Numbered from the whole stretch's first letter, positions 1-12,564 are shown. The stretch: DNA of 63,174 nucleotides, filler included, from Choristocarpus tenellus KU-1152 (GCA_964200185.2; 10 parts of 10 records of this genome joined end to end with filler, not necessarily neighbours in it), one strand, 5' to 3'. Notes: generated by a model from the letters alone, not told the origin. Program-made: numbers and translations.

Positions 1-1700
1 ATACGGAAATAACGATAATAACAGACAAACATGCTTTCCACATCACCCCCCCCTCTGATCGGCCTTGAAGCCATGTAAACATGATTCAAGGTCAACCAAA
101 AGGTGAGCTCTGAGAGCGAAATGGGAAACATGTGTCATTGTTAGTATACATTGCACCATTCATTGTATTACACGACTTCATTAACACGATATGAAGTATA
201 CAATATAAACGAGGCTAACGATGTATATCTGATCAGGATAACATAGCCTAAAGGTTGATGGTGTGTGGTTGATGGTGTGTGGTCAGCACACCAATCAAGC
301 TTATGAACGAGGTCTGAGTGTATGGGATCAGCATATCAGTCAGCCCAAAGACGAGGCGAGAGGTATATGTGGCCAGCATAAAGGTCTCTAATATCTTGTT
401 TAAAACAGAGGATATACTCAGAATGGGGATACGAGGAGCAAACACTATATACACGATGTGAACAACACGATTTGACTAGTGCTTGTGATTCGACCTTGCT
501 ATAAGTGTTATATGATGATTTGATCACCACTCCGATGCGTGAAAACAACATCGCGTGTTATGCAATCAAAACAACACAGCAAACGAAGAGATCAAATGTG
601 TGCACCCATTCTCCTTCCTCAATTCTGACTTCGATTGGAAATATTGCTCACGACAACACTATTCCAAGTGGACAACTTGGACAAACGTACGATGTTGGTG
701 GCTCAACTCTCCTAAGACGATACGAGGTGGCTGTACGGTCATTACATCATGTCGGGGGATCATGCCACACGAAATAAAAAAATAGCATGTATGGCTCACC
801 TTAAGTCTCCATCTCTTACCTGGTGGTAGACTTGAATCTTCTCTTCTCTTTTTCTGTTTGAGGATAGGGTTAGTCATTTCCTGATGATCAATAAATCCAT
901 TTCATGAAATCATGACATGATGTACTGAACAGCCACCTTTAGCATACACGAGCTAAAATAATGTGCCCGGTGATAACGGTCTCTTCACCACCGCATGTGT
1001 CCACTCATGCAAACGAGGAGAGTAGAGAGATAAAATTAATTGTATATTAATTTATCTAATCCACCAACATTTATTTATAGTATATTTGCAAGGATTGATA
1101 AACCTGGTAAACACGAGATGCCAAGTCAGAGCTGGACGTGAACAGTTAACTGGCATCTGTTACCAGTTATCTCATCACTTCAAAGAACGATAGACTATAC
1201 CCATCTATGACAAAATGACACAAACACGATTTGTCTAAACTAGATGGACAACCTATGTAAAGGATTATAGTATGTGGATACAACGAGATCTGGCCAAAAG
1301 ACACTAGACTTAAATCAAGTATACAAACACACAATCAAACAACCAAAAAAAGAAAAGAAAGAAAAAAACCATAACAAAAAAATAAAAATGGCCATCTGTA
1401 CCACACATTCACACGATAATCTCTTTACTGACACGATAGGTTATGGCACGACAGCAATGCATGATATACAGACTATGCAAAGGAGTATGATAACAGTAAA
1501 CACGAATTCTCAAGTCAACAACACGAGGGATGATAATTGTTTTTACTGGTTATCCAATCCATTTACTGCACGATAGGCTGCAATCATTTCACGGCATTGT
1601 GGGATCTGTTCTATTCTTTTGTCCTAATTGGAACATACTTCCAAATTCTACGTAGAACAAATACACGAGATATGCAATCTCCAGAAATTGATAGCCTCAC
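1..1700 (+). repeat. Region with strand-biased dispersed (A)CACGA motif
   Basis: At least 16 CACGA by eye (e.g. 171, 185, 452, 466, 649, 768, 947, 1112, 1225, 1412, 1432, 1447, 1501, 1522, 1569, 1664). No reverse-complement TCGT seen. Confidence 0.6.
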
Positions 1701-4099
1701 CAACAAGCAATGCTTAGTGGGAGATCGCGGTTGCGGGGAAACCGATTGAATCAATACTCAGTCAACAGACAAGAGTTTATCGCCCAGCTAAGACGGTTTC
1801 AAAGTGGGATGAGGAAACGAATATTTTGACGCCACATCTCCTTTAGATCCTGGATACATTGGACTACGTGTGAGTTCTCGCATCAGACCCATTCAGACCC
1901 CCCTTGCCTAGGAGCAAAGCGTATAGTCGGAAGGACCGAACGAAGGTATGACATGGCCGTCATGTCAGCGATACGCCCATCCAGCATGCCGACGGGTTGT
2001 TCTCCGCCTCACCTCTGAAAGGGATAGAGTGGTCTTGTGGTGACAAAACCAAGCACCACAGTGCGGCAATAGGGAGTGTTAGGTTTACCGGGGTCGCTCA
2101 GTCTGGGATCGATGGCATTGGAATCCTTTCGAGAGATCGATACGATCCCAGATGGCAGCCCACCTCGCAAAACATCGCGATGACGCCTACAGTCCCTATT
2201 ATCCGTCGCTTTCACTCCTGATGCTCTTCTCCGTTCCGTCGTTTCGCCGGTAGGTCCACGATCAACATGCTTTTGCTGCGCAACCTCTTTCTCCTTCTGG
2301 GAGTACTGGCAGTCACCTTGCTGGGTGTGACACATGGCGAGGTGAGGGTCGGGGTCTGACGATTTTTGGTGGGCTGAGAGTGTGCCCGGGGTGTCTAGGG
2401 TCGTAGCAGACTCTCACCTCCCCATGTCAAGTCGCCACATTTTGTTTTTCTCATTCTGGCAAGTAGTCGTCTTTCTCCAACACATTTATTCCCGGGGGAA
2501 TTAGACTCTTCACACCCTCTGATTCCTGATTTCGACTTACCCCTGGAAGTTGTTTCTCGGTTTGCCGAAGTACGCATAACGCAGTAGAAGCTCATCTTTG
2601 TTGACGTATTGCTTCCATTTTGTCTCGGACCAAGACCGAAACGGAGCAGAAGAGAGTCCGAGATATTCACCCAAAGAGTGGTATTCTCACCCGTCCAAAG
2701 AGGGCCTGGAGCTCCATTCATCACAGCGTCTGTCGCTTCTCTGGGTGCTGCAAGGCAGACCAGAACTCTATTGCAAAAGCCTTCCGGGAACTCCAAAACG
2801 TGAATCAACAGAAAGTGAGTAATTTCCCCCCTTACAGCCTCAACCTCGCCATTGCGAGTACGTTATATTTTATAGGCCTTTGAGAAGTGATCAATTCACT
2901 CTCACTTCTACGCCTCCAAAGCGATTCCCCCCTCCAACACCCCGTTACCCCTGCTTCAATTTGGTACCCCAACCGCCCTTTGGGGCTCTACTGTGTATTC
3001 AAGGGAAAAAATCTAGACCGCGTACGCAGCCTGTTCCAATATCCACCGGGATATACGTGTGATGCATGTCCATATTCTTACCAAGAGAATGCTTGGAATA
3101 ATTACATTTAACCCGCCTACAACAAAACAAGTCCTCATTGCAGCCAAACAATGAGTTGCTATAGTGTGCATCACCCACCTCTCTCCTTTCAGCCTATTTT
3201 TCCTTCTTCTTTTCTTTCTTCCTTCAAGAAATCTTTGTTCCTCGCCACCTTCTTCGGCATTCCCTCCTTTCCACCCCCAGCAGCGGTGGGCCTTGTAAAA
3301 CCAAACAAGTTTTGAGGAGATATTTCCTCATTGTATACTTACCAATGCTGTAGATAATCCACACCTACATGTCGAACGATTTTTATGATGGTGCCCACTT
3401 GTTCTGCCTGTAGATATCCAGATCCATACTCTAGCGGCCTTGCTGACAGAAAACTGAGGAACCCTCTACTATCTACTGCACAAATCATCCATCTATGATC
3501 AACTAAATATTATGCCATGCCTACTACCTGTAGAATTTTATTTTTGTTATCTTGCGACACACATCATTAGTCTGAACTTCTCAAAACCGCCCCAATGTTT
3601 AAGCCAGTGTGTCTGATGGAAATCTGCTGAAGAATTAATTGTTTTGTGTGAAAAGAGGAACTTGTACATTCTCGATTTTGTACCCAAGGCGAAGAATGCG
3701 GACGCCCATTTTTTTTAGGTCATCCATCAATGTCTGATATTATCACTTCTTGAAACAAAGCTAGAACAGAGCGCAAATGATAAGTGGGAACTAAAAAAAA
3801 ACAGTCATCCTTATTCCTGAGGTGTGATTCAGTTGGGTAGGAAGCCAAGCAGGATGAGAGCCGGCCCTAAGGGCACGTGGTCTTAATTGAATCCTTCAAC
3901 GGTTGGGGGTTTGAGGCCATTATTCTTTCTTGGGCCTTTCCGCCGATCTCTACAGCCTAACTCACTATAGTTGGGATTGGTCAGCAAGCAACCAACTAAT
4001 GAAAAGTCTTAGGCTCACCTGATCCACAACTGACACAACAGAAATTTGCACAAAATCACAACTCAAGTCTACAACCCTTAACCTCTCGATCAAGACCAA

Positions 4100-4900
4100 C
4101 CCTTGCCTGCAACATGTCCATCATACGATTTCTCCCCACCAACCAACCTCCCCTGCATCATTCCCAATCCCAGGGCCTACTATTTACTCATTTGAAGTAT
4201 CACACCAACATACCCAGCTGAACCTCTCCCCCAATCGCTTCCCGAATCATGCTCTCAACGTGAGGGCATGGCATCAGCGATAGATGTCTTATTCAATACC
4301 TGCCAATAAGAGGCTATCCTCCCCTTCACCTTCCCTAACCTTCAGAGATTCCTATGCAGTTGTTGTATGTGAAAAAAGTGCCTGCTCCACCATGAGCTCA
4401 CCCACCCACAAAGACACATTCACACTCACCCCCACCAACACATGTTCAACCCCTGTTCTTCTGTCCTGTGTAATATATTATTAGGTGTCGGTGCAGTACA
4501 TCATCCTTTCGGCAGGCTACTTTGTATTGGCAATCTATGCTTTATTCATGCACTCAAAGGTGAGGCGGTGGCAGCACCTGCTGGGCCCCGTATTTCTACC
4601 ACCTCGAGTGTTTGGATGTCATCCCACGGTCTCTCTTTGATGCAGCCCTGAGGCATACCAGCCAATGTAAACTTACTTATCTTTGGCTGACCTCTTCTCC
4701 ATTCACATCCCTCACCACTCCCATCTGTACCAACAGTGTAGGCATGCACGGATAGGCCCAGTAGTGGTAGAGCTCCCTATTCCCAACTGCAGTGCTTACC
4801 CACATAGCTTGTTCCATCAAGCCCACGAGAGCAATCCCATCGATCCCTAACCAGTACATTTTGAGGATGGGAATCCAAGCCTTGACTCCATCCCTAGTCA
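4100..4900 (-). mobile_element. Possible decayed non-LTR retrotransposon (LINE) 3' remnant
   Basis: Minus strand has a degenerate Cys/His-containing segment resembling a LINE ORF2 C-terminal zinc knuckle. It has many stops and no RT motif was recognised. Confidence 0.25.
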
Positions 4901-6546
4901 AATATATTTCTCATTGACTGCGAGGCAGACAGCATGGCAGTAAGTCTGACCGTGAAGCTGTCACCCACGACCGCTGTGAGAAAGAAGAGAGAGTAGGTGT
5001 GTGTGGGTTGATCGTTTTGAGTTTTGAGGGTTCATTAGCTTTGTGTAAAGAAGATGAAGACACTTGCAAGAGGGCATCGATAAGGATAACCAAAGATAGC
5101 CCCCAAACAGTCAAAATGCACTCCACGCCTGTGGGCTGATTGCTCTAAGGTACGTGTCACCAGAAAGCTCCAAGAAAGCTCCGAGGGTCCTTACGACTCA
5201 GCGACACCCCTCTCTGGGCTACATTGACTCAGACATCACTGCTCAAAGGTCACCATAAGGAGGGCTAACTCTCAATCTCAAACCTGACACGATCCTTGGC
5301 CATATCTATATTCCTCCTTTTATCTCGTGTTGCAATGGTAAATCACTGCACATTTTGTGCAAACCTCTTGAAGAGAATCGAGAAAATGTCGATCGAGAAA
5401 CTGGTGCTTGGCAGGGTGAGACGGAGGAGTCGGTGCAGCACAACGCTGTGTGCCCATGTGTGGATAACCAAGTGAGTGATAGGACTGGCGTGAGAATAGA
5501 GCGGGCCCCCTCCCTTGCCTTGAGCATGTAACATCTCAAATGGAGCTTGTCAATAGTTAGGGGAGGAAATGTACCACTGGTTGGTGAGAATAGTGGTGTA
5601 GGACTGCTTTGGTGGTGTGAATCTCACGCCTCAACAGCCAAAGTGTATGGAACCCGCATTATCAGGACAGAGCATAACTATTTGGATTTCTTAGAATACT
5701 GTGATATATCGATTGGGCACGGTTTGGGGTTTGAAAGTTTAGATACTTGCCCAATCTAGGGCACCTGGGTCATATACAATGGTGCCCAAATGTTGACAAG
5801 GATCCGCTAGCACTGGAGTGCTGAGGTGCTATTGAGCGTTGGTTGAATATTTGTCCCACCTCATACCCCCCCTCGCCCCAATTCCCCTCCCGTGTGTACA
5901 TCCTTACCTCAAAGCTAATCTCATTTCACAAGGGTAAGGCTCCGGAGCAGTATTAGGAGGGAAGCATACTGCAATTCTCAACTGCAAGCTGTGCAGGAGG
6001 GGATCAAAAAAGCGTTGAGGAAAGCCGATGAGGCAAGTCCCTGGGGGTCCTCAGTCCTGAATTTCGTCCCGATTCTTGCCCAATTTAGTAAACCCCTCTG
6101 CCCCAAGCCCTCAATGACCCTAGAATTGACCCTCAACTAAAAACAACCCACTAGGATGACGATCACGACTCAGGAGGAGGCTGCCAAGCAGCGCTGCGAA
6201 TCAAAGATAAAATCCCTGGAGGACCAGTTTGGGAAAGCTCTAGAGGCGGTGAGAGGAGAAAAGCAAAAGGGCATCAGATCCCTGGGGGTCCTCAGTCCTG
6301 AACTTTGTCCCGATTCTTGCCCAATTTGAGTAAAGCCCTCTGCTCCAAGCCCTCAAACCCCCTAACATTCATTGACCCTCAACTAAAAACACCCCCCCAC
6401 TGGGACAACGATCATGACTCAGGAGGACACGGGCAAGCAGTGTTATCAAGCTGAAATTAAATATCTGAAAGACCAGAACAGAGAATTGATCGGCATGGCT
6501 CTAGAGGCGGGTGAGAGGAGAAACGCAAAAGGGCATCAGGTCCCGG

Positions 6547-6849
6547 CAAGATCAATAGAAAAAATATTTTCTGATAGATTTTTTTTTAAATACCTAAAAG
6601 GACCTGAAACTGCTTCTACATCTATTTGATCATTTTCCCCATAGTATGACAGAATACTTTCCAAGTATAGCTCTCAGAAAATACTTTAAAAGTTATATCC
6701 AGTTTTGTAAGAATATGTGCTTTTTTTGATAAAATGGTAGCTGAATTACACCAGGGCAAAAAACTAGGACAATTTTCTATATCCCTAATAATTTCCTTTA
6801 TCAACTCAGCTTTACAAGCTAAAACTTTGTTATCACTATATGAATGCAT
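6547..6849 (-). pseudogene. ratA: Bacterial RatA/PasT (Coq10-like START-domain) pseudogene, alphaproteobacterial-like
   Basis: ORF 6622..6849 has DIENCPSFLPWC (family motif DV..YPEFLPWC) and FSESYT. After a frameshift it continues IDVEAVSGPFRYLK..FSID. AT-rich, truncated. Confidence 0.85.
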
Positions 6850-6902
6850 GCATAAAAAATATATATATATTAATTAAACTGCTTATACATTTTTTTGCCT
6901 TA

Positions 6903-6980
6903 CTAATTGCGTTTTTTTTTATTGTTACCTGCATGATAAGAAGAACAAGTTAATGGAGAAGCTACAACCCTTGAAAAACC
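6903..6980 (-). pseudogene. lipA: Lipoyl synthase C-terminal fragment
   Basis: Translates GFSRVVASPLTCSSYHAG, matching the LipA C-terminal motif GF..V.ASPL(T/V)RSSYHA. Lies directly upstream of ratA on the same strand. Confidence 0.8.
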
Positions 6981-7171
6981 GTTACATTGAAAAAAATAAT
7001 GCTTATCCATTATTTAGTAAGAATTTCTTTTAAAAAAATTGTGCAGTTCTTGCGATTAGCAACTCAGATGCAACTCTTGAAACTATTTCCCTAGTGGGAA
7101 TAATGATTTCTTAATTTGAAAGAGCTGCAGTCCAGAATATTGAAAGACATTTCTATTTTAGTACAAATCCT

Positions 7172-7348
7172 CAGTCCGGTATCCTAAAAAAATGTTGTTT
7201 ATAGCATGCTAAATTATAACTTTTATAGGTAGAGATGTAGAAATCCCATTTGGATAAACTGTAGAATTATCTAATCCTTCTGGTTCCAAGAATATTTGAT
7301 GACTCTCTTTGTTTGAAAAATTTACTATTTTATCTTCTATTGATGGAC
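7172..7348 (-). pseudogene. mnmG: tRNA-modification enzyme MnmG/GidA internal fragment
   Basis: Translates [40 protein letters not shown], the highly conserved GidA block. A stop and frameshifts follow. Confidence 0.92.
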
Positions 7349-8773
7349 TGGAGTTCCTCAGTCCTGAAATTCGTCCCGATTCTCACCCAATTTGAGTAAA
7401 CCCCTCTGCTCCAAGCCCTCAATGACCCTATCATTGTACCTGAACTAACAACACCCCACCGGGATGATAATCATTACTCAGGAGGAGGGTGCAAGGGAAA
7501 GTTACCAACAGTGAATAGAATCCCTGGAGCATCAGAGAAGAGAACTGGCTCAGAGGGTGAAGGAGATGGAATCCCTGCAGAGGCGCTCTTCCAGGGTATC
7601 CAGAGCAACCGTAACCAAGAAAGGTAATGAAAAATCCGTCGATTGTACAAGAGGAAAGAACAAAAACCACGCACCAATTCCAACAGCTGGGACTTTGCCC
7701 CAGCAGAAGGAAAAGGGTAGGGTCTCGTTGATTGAGGATGTAGCATTCTTACACTGGAGGGTGTATATTTGGGCAGGGTCAATGCATGTGTTTACACCAT
7801 GCTTGGGTGGGACAAGGTTGAACCATGAGAAAATTCACAAGCACGCATGCGCACAGAACAACACACACGTATATCAGGTCAGATAACACAGAGGTGGATC
7901 AACACGGTAGAGTATGACACGTGCAAAGAAGAGGGGGCTAGTATACTGATGCGCAGCTGCCATGCCTCCATGTTCCACAGTATCAAGTGGTGCAGGCAGC
8001 ACTATTGAAAGGGATAGAGGGTGCCCCCATTGCCATCCTTGTTCTAGCCGTGAACCACCCCTTCAAGGCAGACCACTTTCAGTACAGTTGTGCTATCATT
8101 AACCACGAGAAATTTGAGAAAGAACAGGCTGGGATGTGGACAGTAGAGCAAACTTGGCAGGCATTTACCAGTATGAGGCAGGACAACCGCCTTCACTCAG
8201 CCATTCACCCCACGCTCTGATATGGTTGTTTCATGTCCTCAACTTTGTATCCCTCTCAGATCTTCTCCCTGGTGTCAGCCTGAATGGTGGCGGGTCCACC
8301 CCTCAGGGCTTGAGTGGTCATCTACGGTAAGATGAGCTTGTATTGTCTGGGGCTATTTTTATTAGTGTGTAGAGCAGCAACAAAATGTTGGAACCAGTTG
8401 TGCACAACAAAGAAGCACAAGTGACGCCCGCCTGTGGGATTCCCAAAAAGCAAGGAGAGTCGTTGCCTGCTTATCAGAGGAGCAGCAGCACCAACTACAA
8501 CAACACAATTTTCTGCCGGATGCCACCTCCTTCCAGAGAGATCAGTACATTCACAGCTATTTTGAGTTCAAAGCCAATTCACAAACTGACTGCAGAGGTT
8601 TCATTTCTCCACCATCCCAACGGACTTTGAACTACCCCTCCGCTCTATCTTCACAGGCGGATTGACCCTGAGATTCAGTTGGGAATCAGGAACCCTAAGA
8701 ACACTAACTGCTATGCGTGCAGTACCGTCCAGACGAGTCAGGGGTTACATTGTAGTGTGTGCAGTGTGCAGGA

Positions 8774-8810
8774 GGGAAGGGAAGGGAAGGGAAGGGAAGG
8801 GAAGGGAAGG
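8774..8810 (+). repeat. (GGGAA)n microsatellite
   Basis: About 7 perfect pentamer units. Confidence 0.95.
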
Positions 8811-10770
8811 ACACAATATTCATTCATTGGGACAGACTGTATGACTGATTCCTATTGCACAAGACCAAGTGATTGCCCCGGGTTATGATTCATCTCTGTA
8901 TAGCAGGCTTGACAGCATTTCACCAGTGTTCTCTTTGGCTGTCCCAGGGTCTGGCCAACTCAATCCCGCTCACCAACTATCCCATGACCTGGACCCAATG
9001 CTCAGGCCGTGGCTTCACTGCCAAACTTTGTCAACACCCTACAGAAGAAGGACGTTGTGCAATCAATGCTTCGGCCGGAGGAAGGTATCATGTGGTCTGC
9101 ATGTCCTGGGGTCCCTATCTTGATTTGTTGGACGTGTAGTCCTTGCACACCTGATTATACCCTCAACCCCGAACTTCAGTACCACGAGAGCGCAGCCTGT
9201 GGTTGTGTCCTTGTAAGAATAGCTACCAGATGGAGTATACTACTGAACTGTTGCAAAATCGTTATCATGCTCAGGAGTACATGGCATAGTGTGTACTTCT
9301 TTTATCCGACGCGACAAGAGAGATAGTTCCTAATCCTTCCCAGATGTCCCCGGAGGATGCTTGCATCAAGATGTAGTTGCCATCCCATTCCAGTCATACA
9401 CATCCAAAGGCGATCCCTATGTTTTCCCACCCATTGTATATAACATAAACCCTACCTTATCACCCTTGCCCAGGTGACTCCCCGTACCGTCACCTACTTC
9501 ATTTCTCCCTCTCTCGAGGAGAATTGGGAACTATTGGGGCACATAAGATCCTGGAAAGTGTCAACAGGTGAGTTTTCAACATGAGCGATCTCAACCCTGA
9601 TCCTATTGATTGGTCATCTGAGAACCATGGCTGCAGCTTCCTCTTCCAAGGCGGCGTTGTAGGCCTGGTTGGGGAGCTCATTGGTTGCACGAGATTTTTC
9701 TGGAAGTACTGCGGATGATAGTACACCGGTATGGTGCACAAGGTGCAGACATGCCAAGCGTTCAACTCTCTTGGTTCAACGGCTACCTTCAGGTCCATTC
9801 AGTCACATCAATCAAATACATTCCAAGAGGCAGAGGATTTGGCATACCGAGGAGGAAGAAGGGAACAACAGAGATCAGGACTATCAGCAACGTAACAATG
9901 GCCTTGGTGTGCTGCTCTTGTTCGGCACTTAGCCCCTCTTGTAGATGTTAGTTGTGTGCCACCAAGCGAAATATCTGCAATGCCAAGGATACTCTCGCTG
10001 CAACAGCCTCTCATGTTGTGTATTTCTCTTTCTTGGTGAAACTCTATCGCTAACAAAAGTCATTCCACAGTAGTACGCTTTGAACGGGAGATTGGAGGGA
10101 GCTTCAAGGGTTGATTTATCTCTTGCCTGAGCTTCATGGTAACGTAAAAACAAAACGATGATACCCTTGCCTCCGCACAATTGCCCATCGCTCCAAGATA
10201 GGACCACGTAGGGGATGATCCACCTTCTGCCAAGCATCAAGCCACGGGTCTGGCTCGTCTCCATGCTAACGATGCTCCCACTGTCAAGCTCCAAGTGTTG
10301 TGGGACTTTGGAACCCAACTATCTCCTCCCTCAGAATACAGGCATTGAACCCCTCCCTTTGGAACGCCTCAAAAAGTGTGTGTGCGCAAACAAGCGCATG
10401 CATTAGCCATACCCCCCAGACTCGGCCTGCATCACACTCATGGACATGTACAACAATGACCCCCCAAACAAAAAAATATCCTCTACAGGGGTGGTTGCAC
10501 TGACCCAAATCGAGAAGGGTTTGGGCAAGGTCGTGGGGAATATGCCCAGGAGTTTTTGTCTTGTCTCCTGAGAACAGTGGCAATGGAGGAGGACCGGACG
10601 GGCACAGTCCCAAGGCCCACATAGCACCTTCAGGGGAAGGTTGAGGTAAGACAACTAATTCACGGCGCTTGATAAAACCATTTGGGGATACCAGTTGATT
10701 GAACACAGTTAAGGTAGATTGTCACCTCACGCTAAGAAATTCACCCAGAGTCTGCTCTTGAGGTGTGTTT

Positions 10771-10983
10771 GAGTGAAAGTATCTTAGAGGGTACGAGTTA
10801 TTCCCTGTTTGTCCATTTGGGGCTTGGCTTCCCACGGGTTTTTAATGACATTTTACCTTCTCCAAAATGTTTTGGAGTATGTAAAATGTGTATGTTATGA
10901 AAAGGTGTGTCCGCAACATGGATATTGACATCTCCTAACAAACATGATACCCAAAATTACATCAAAATTGCAACATTGGATTT
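10771..10983 (+). mobile_element. MITE family A copy, truncated by contig end
   Basis: Starts GAGTGAAAGTATCTTAGAGGGTACGAG; collinear with the complete copies. Confidence 0.9.
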
Positions 10984-11083
10984 NNNNNNNNNNNNNNNNN
11001 NNNNNNNNNNNNNNNNNNNNNNNNNNNTTAATTAATTAANNNNNNNNNNNNNNNNNNNNNNNNNNNNNNNNNNNNNNNNNNNN
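10984..11083. other. Artificial contig linker
   Basis: N44-TTAATTAATTAA-N44, with stops in all six frames. Confidence 0.98.
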
Positions 11084-11149
11084 ACACCAAGCAATCTCGC
11101 CAGGTTTATCACCTTTATGTTCTTTGATGATTTTGGGGATACTTTAACA
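11084..11149 (+). mobile_element. 3' end of a Copia-family LTR
   Basis: ACACCAAGCAATCTCG..GGTTTATCACCTTTAT..TTTGATGATTTTGGGGATACTTTAACA. Near-identical to 55102-55167 and similar to the reverse complement of 20163-20230. Confidence 0.8.
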
Positions 11150-12564
11150 GCTTGCCGTCTCATTACTGCCGTCACACTTGGATCACCACACTTCACTGGG
11201 TGTGACTGACGGTGAGGAGACTACGCTTGATGGAATTGTTTCACCATGGATCCGGATGTGAACAATGAGATGAAGAGATAGTGCTTTGACTGTCACACTA
11301 CTGAGGAGAGGACAAGAGGGGCACAGGCACCACTGACAATAAGGTCATCATCGTTGTGTCTACGGACGCCTTATTCACAACTGGAAACAACCACTGCTTT
11401 GTGCCGTGTAACTTTTGTACAAGTGACTAAGATGTGGTTGAAGGCTTCTCGCAAGACGGAAGGGGTGAGCTGCTGGATGTAGCTTGTGTTACAAGCACTG
11501 CTAGTGTGGCTGACGATAGGAAGGAGGCGAATTGTCAGAAGACGAGACTAACACACAGGGGTGGTGAGGGTGATGGTATGGAAGGACGTTTAGTCTTCCT
11601 CTGCCTCCCTTTCTTTGTAGAGGTGCTACCACCTTTTTTGTATATTTAGAGTTGAAGGGTAAGGAGAGTGGATCATTAATAGAATGTTCCTGCATACCAC
11701 TCCACAAGGCGGAAATGAGTACTTCGAGCACTTTTCCTTAGAGACCTGCGTTGTAGACGGATATTAGAAAGTAATCCCTTGACTTACAACTCTTGTGATA
11801 CGTTGTTCCTGCCCTCTGTACCAACATTTCTTACAAATTAACTTCAACCTGGTGTCCCAAACATTCAACCACATCAACCCAATCATTATTTTCGTGTACA
11901 GATACTACACAGAGGTAGGGTTTCTTAATCTATGTATAACTAGATATCTCCTTCTTTGATCCAAACCCGAAAGAGCGATATCCCAACTTCAACCTTCAAA
12001 CCCTCCACCCTACAGTATTGAAAGCTTTTGTGTTATTGTCTAGTTTTCCGACCCCTTCAGAGACGACGTACCCAATTCTATAGAATGCGTAAGCCAAACA
12101 TTTACGCTTTGAAGTAGTTTATTCTGAACACATGTCAGTCAATGATAAGGCGTATGTTTTCTCGTTCTTATCAGTTGGGTTAGTCCATCTCTTGGCTCGT
12201 CGCTCCACTTCTTCCCTCGCATCTTTCTTGCGCTCAGCTCACCTTGCCGTCGCTCGGAAGTGAAGCCGATCTGGGTCCAACTTTTTTGAGGTATGGGGAC
12301 AGATAGGGTAGTCAAGATTTCTACGGTTGGCCGTGCTTTGGATTGTTGAAACTAGATCATTTACATGAAAAGAGAAGTCTGGTTATTGTGGGCTCTGAAC
12401 CTATAAAATTGATCTAGGGTACAATCTCATCAGTCACTGAACTACGTTGTCGCTCAGGTGTTCTCTCGTCCTTCCGCTCCAATGATTAACCCTGTTCTAC
12501 CTTCATACTTCGAAGTATAGTACAATAACTTCAGCGTGTTAACAGCTCATATGATAGAAAAATA

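Larger units (their letters stand above)
6038..7560 (+). repeat. Three ~240-260 bp tandem units (exon+intron-like), interrupted by a bacterial-derived insert
   Basis: Units start at 6038, 6279 and 7348 with CTGG(GG/AG)(G/T)TCCTCAGTCCTGAA..GTCCCGATTCT..CCCAATTT. Each contains ACTCAG|GAGGA..., translating to coiled-coil-like peptides such as EEAAKQRCESKIKSLEDQF. Confidence 0.85.

Noticed and set aside
6622-6849. Functional RatA toxin-antitoxin module
   Set aside because: Frameshifted and truncated, with no partner gene.
6038-7560. CRISPR-like repeat / foreign spacer / repeat array
   Set aside because: Units are ~250 bp and divergent, there is only one insert, units 1 and 2 abut directly, and no cas genes are present. 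Worth revisiting only if other copies hold different inserts.
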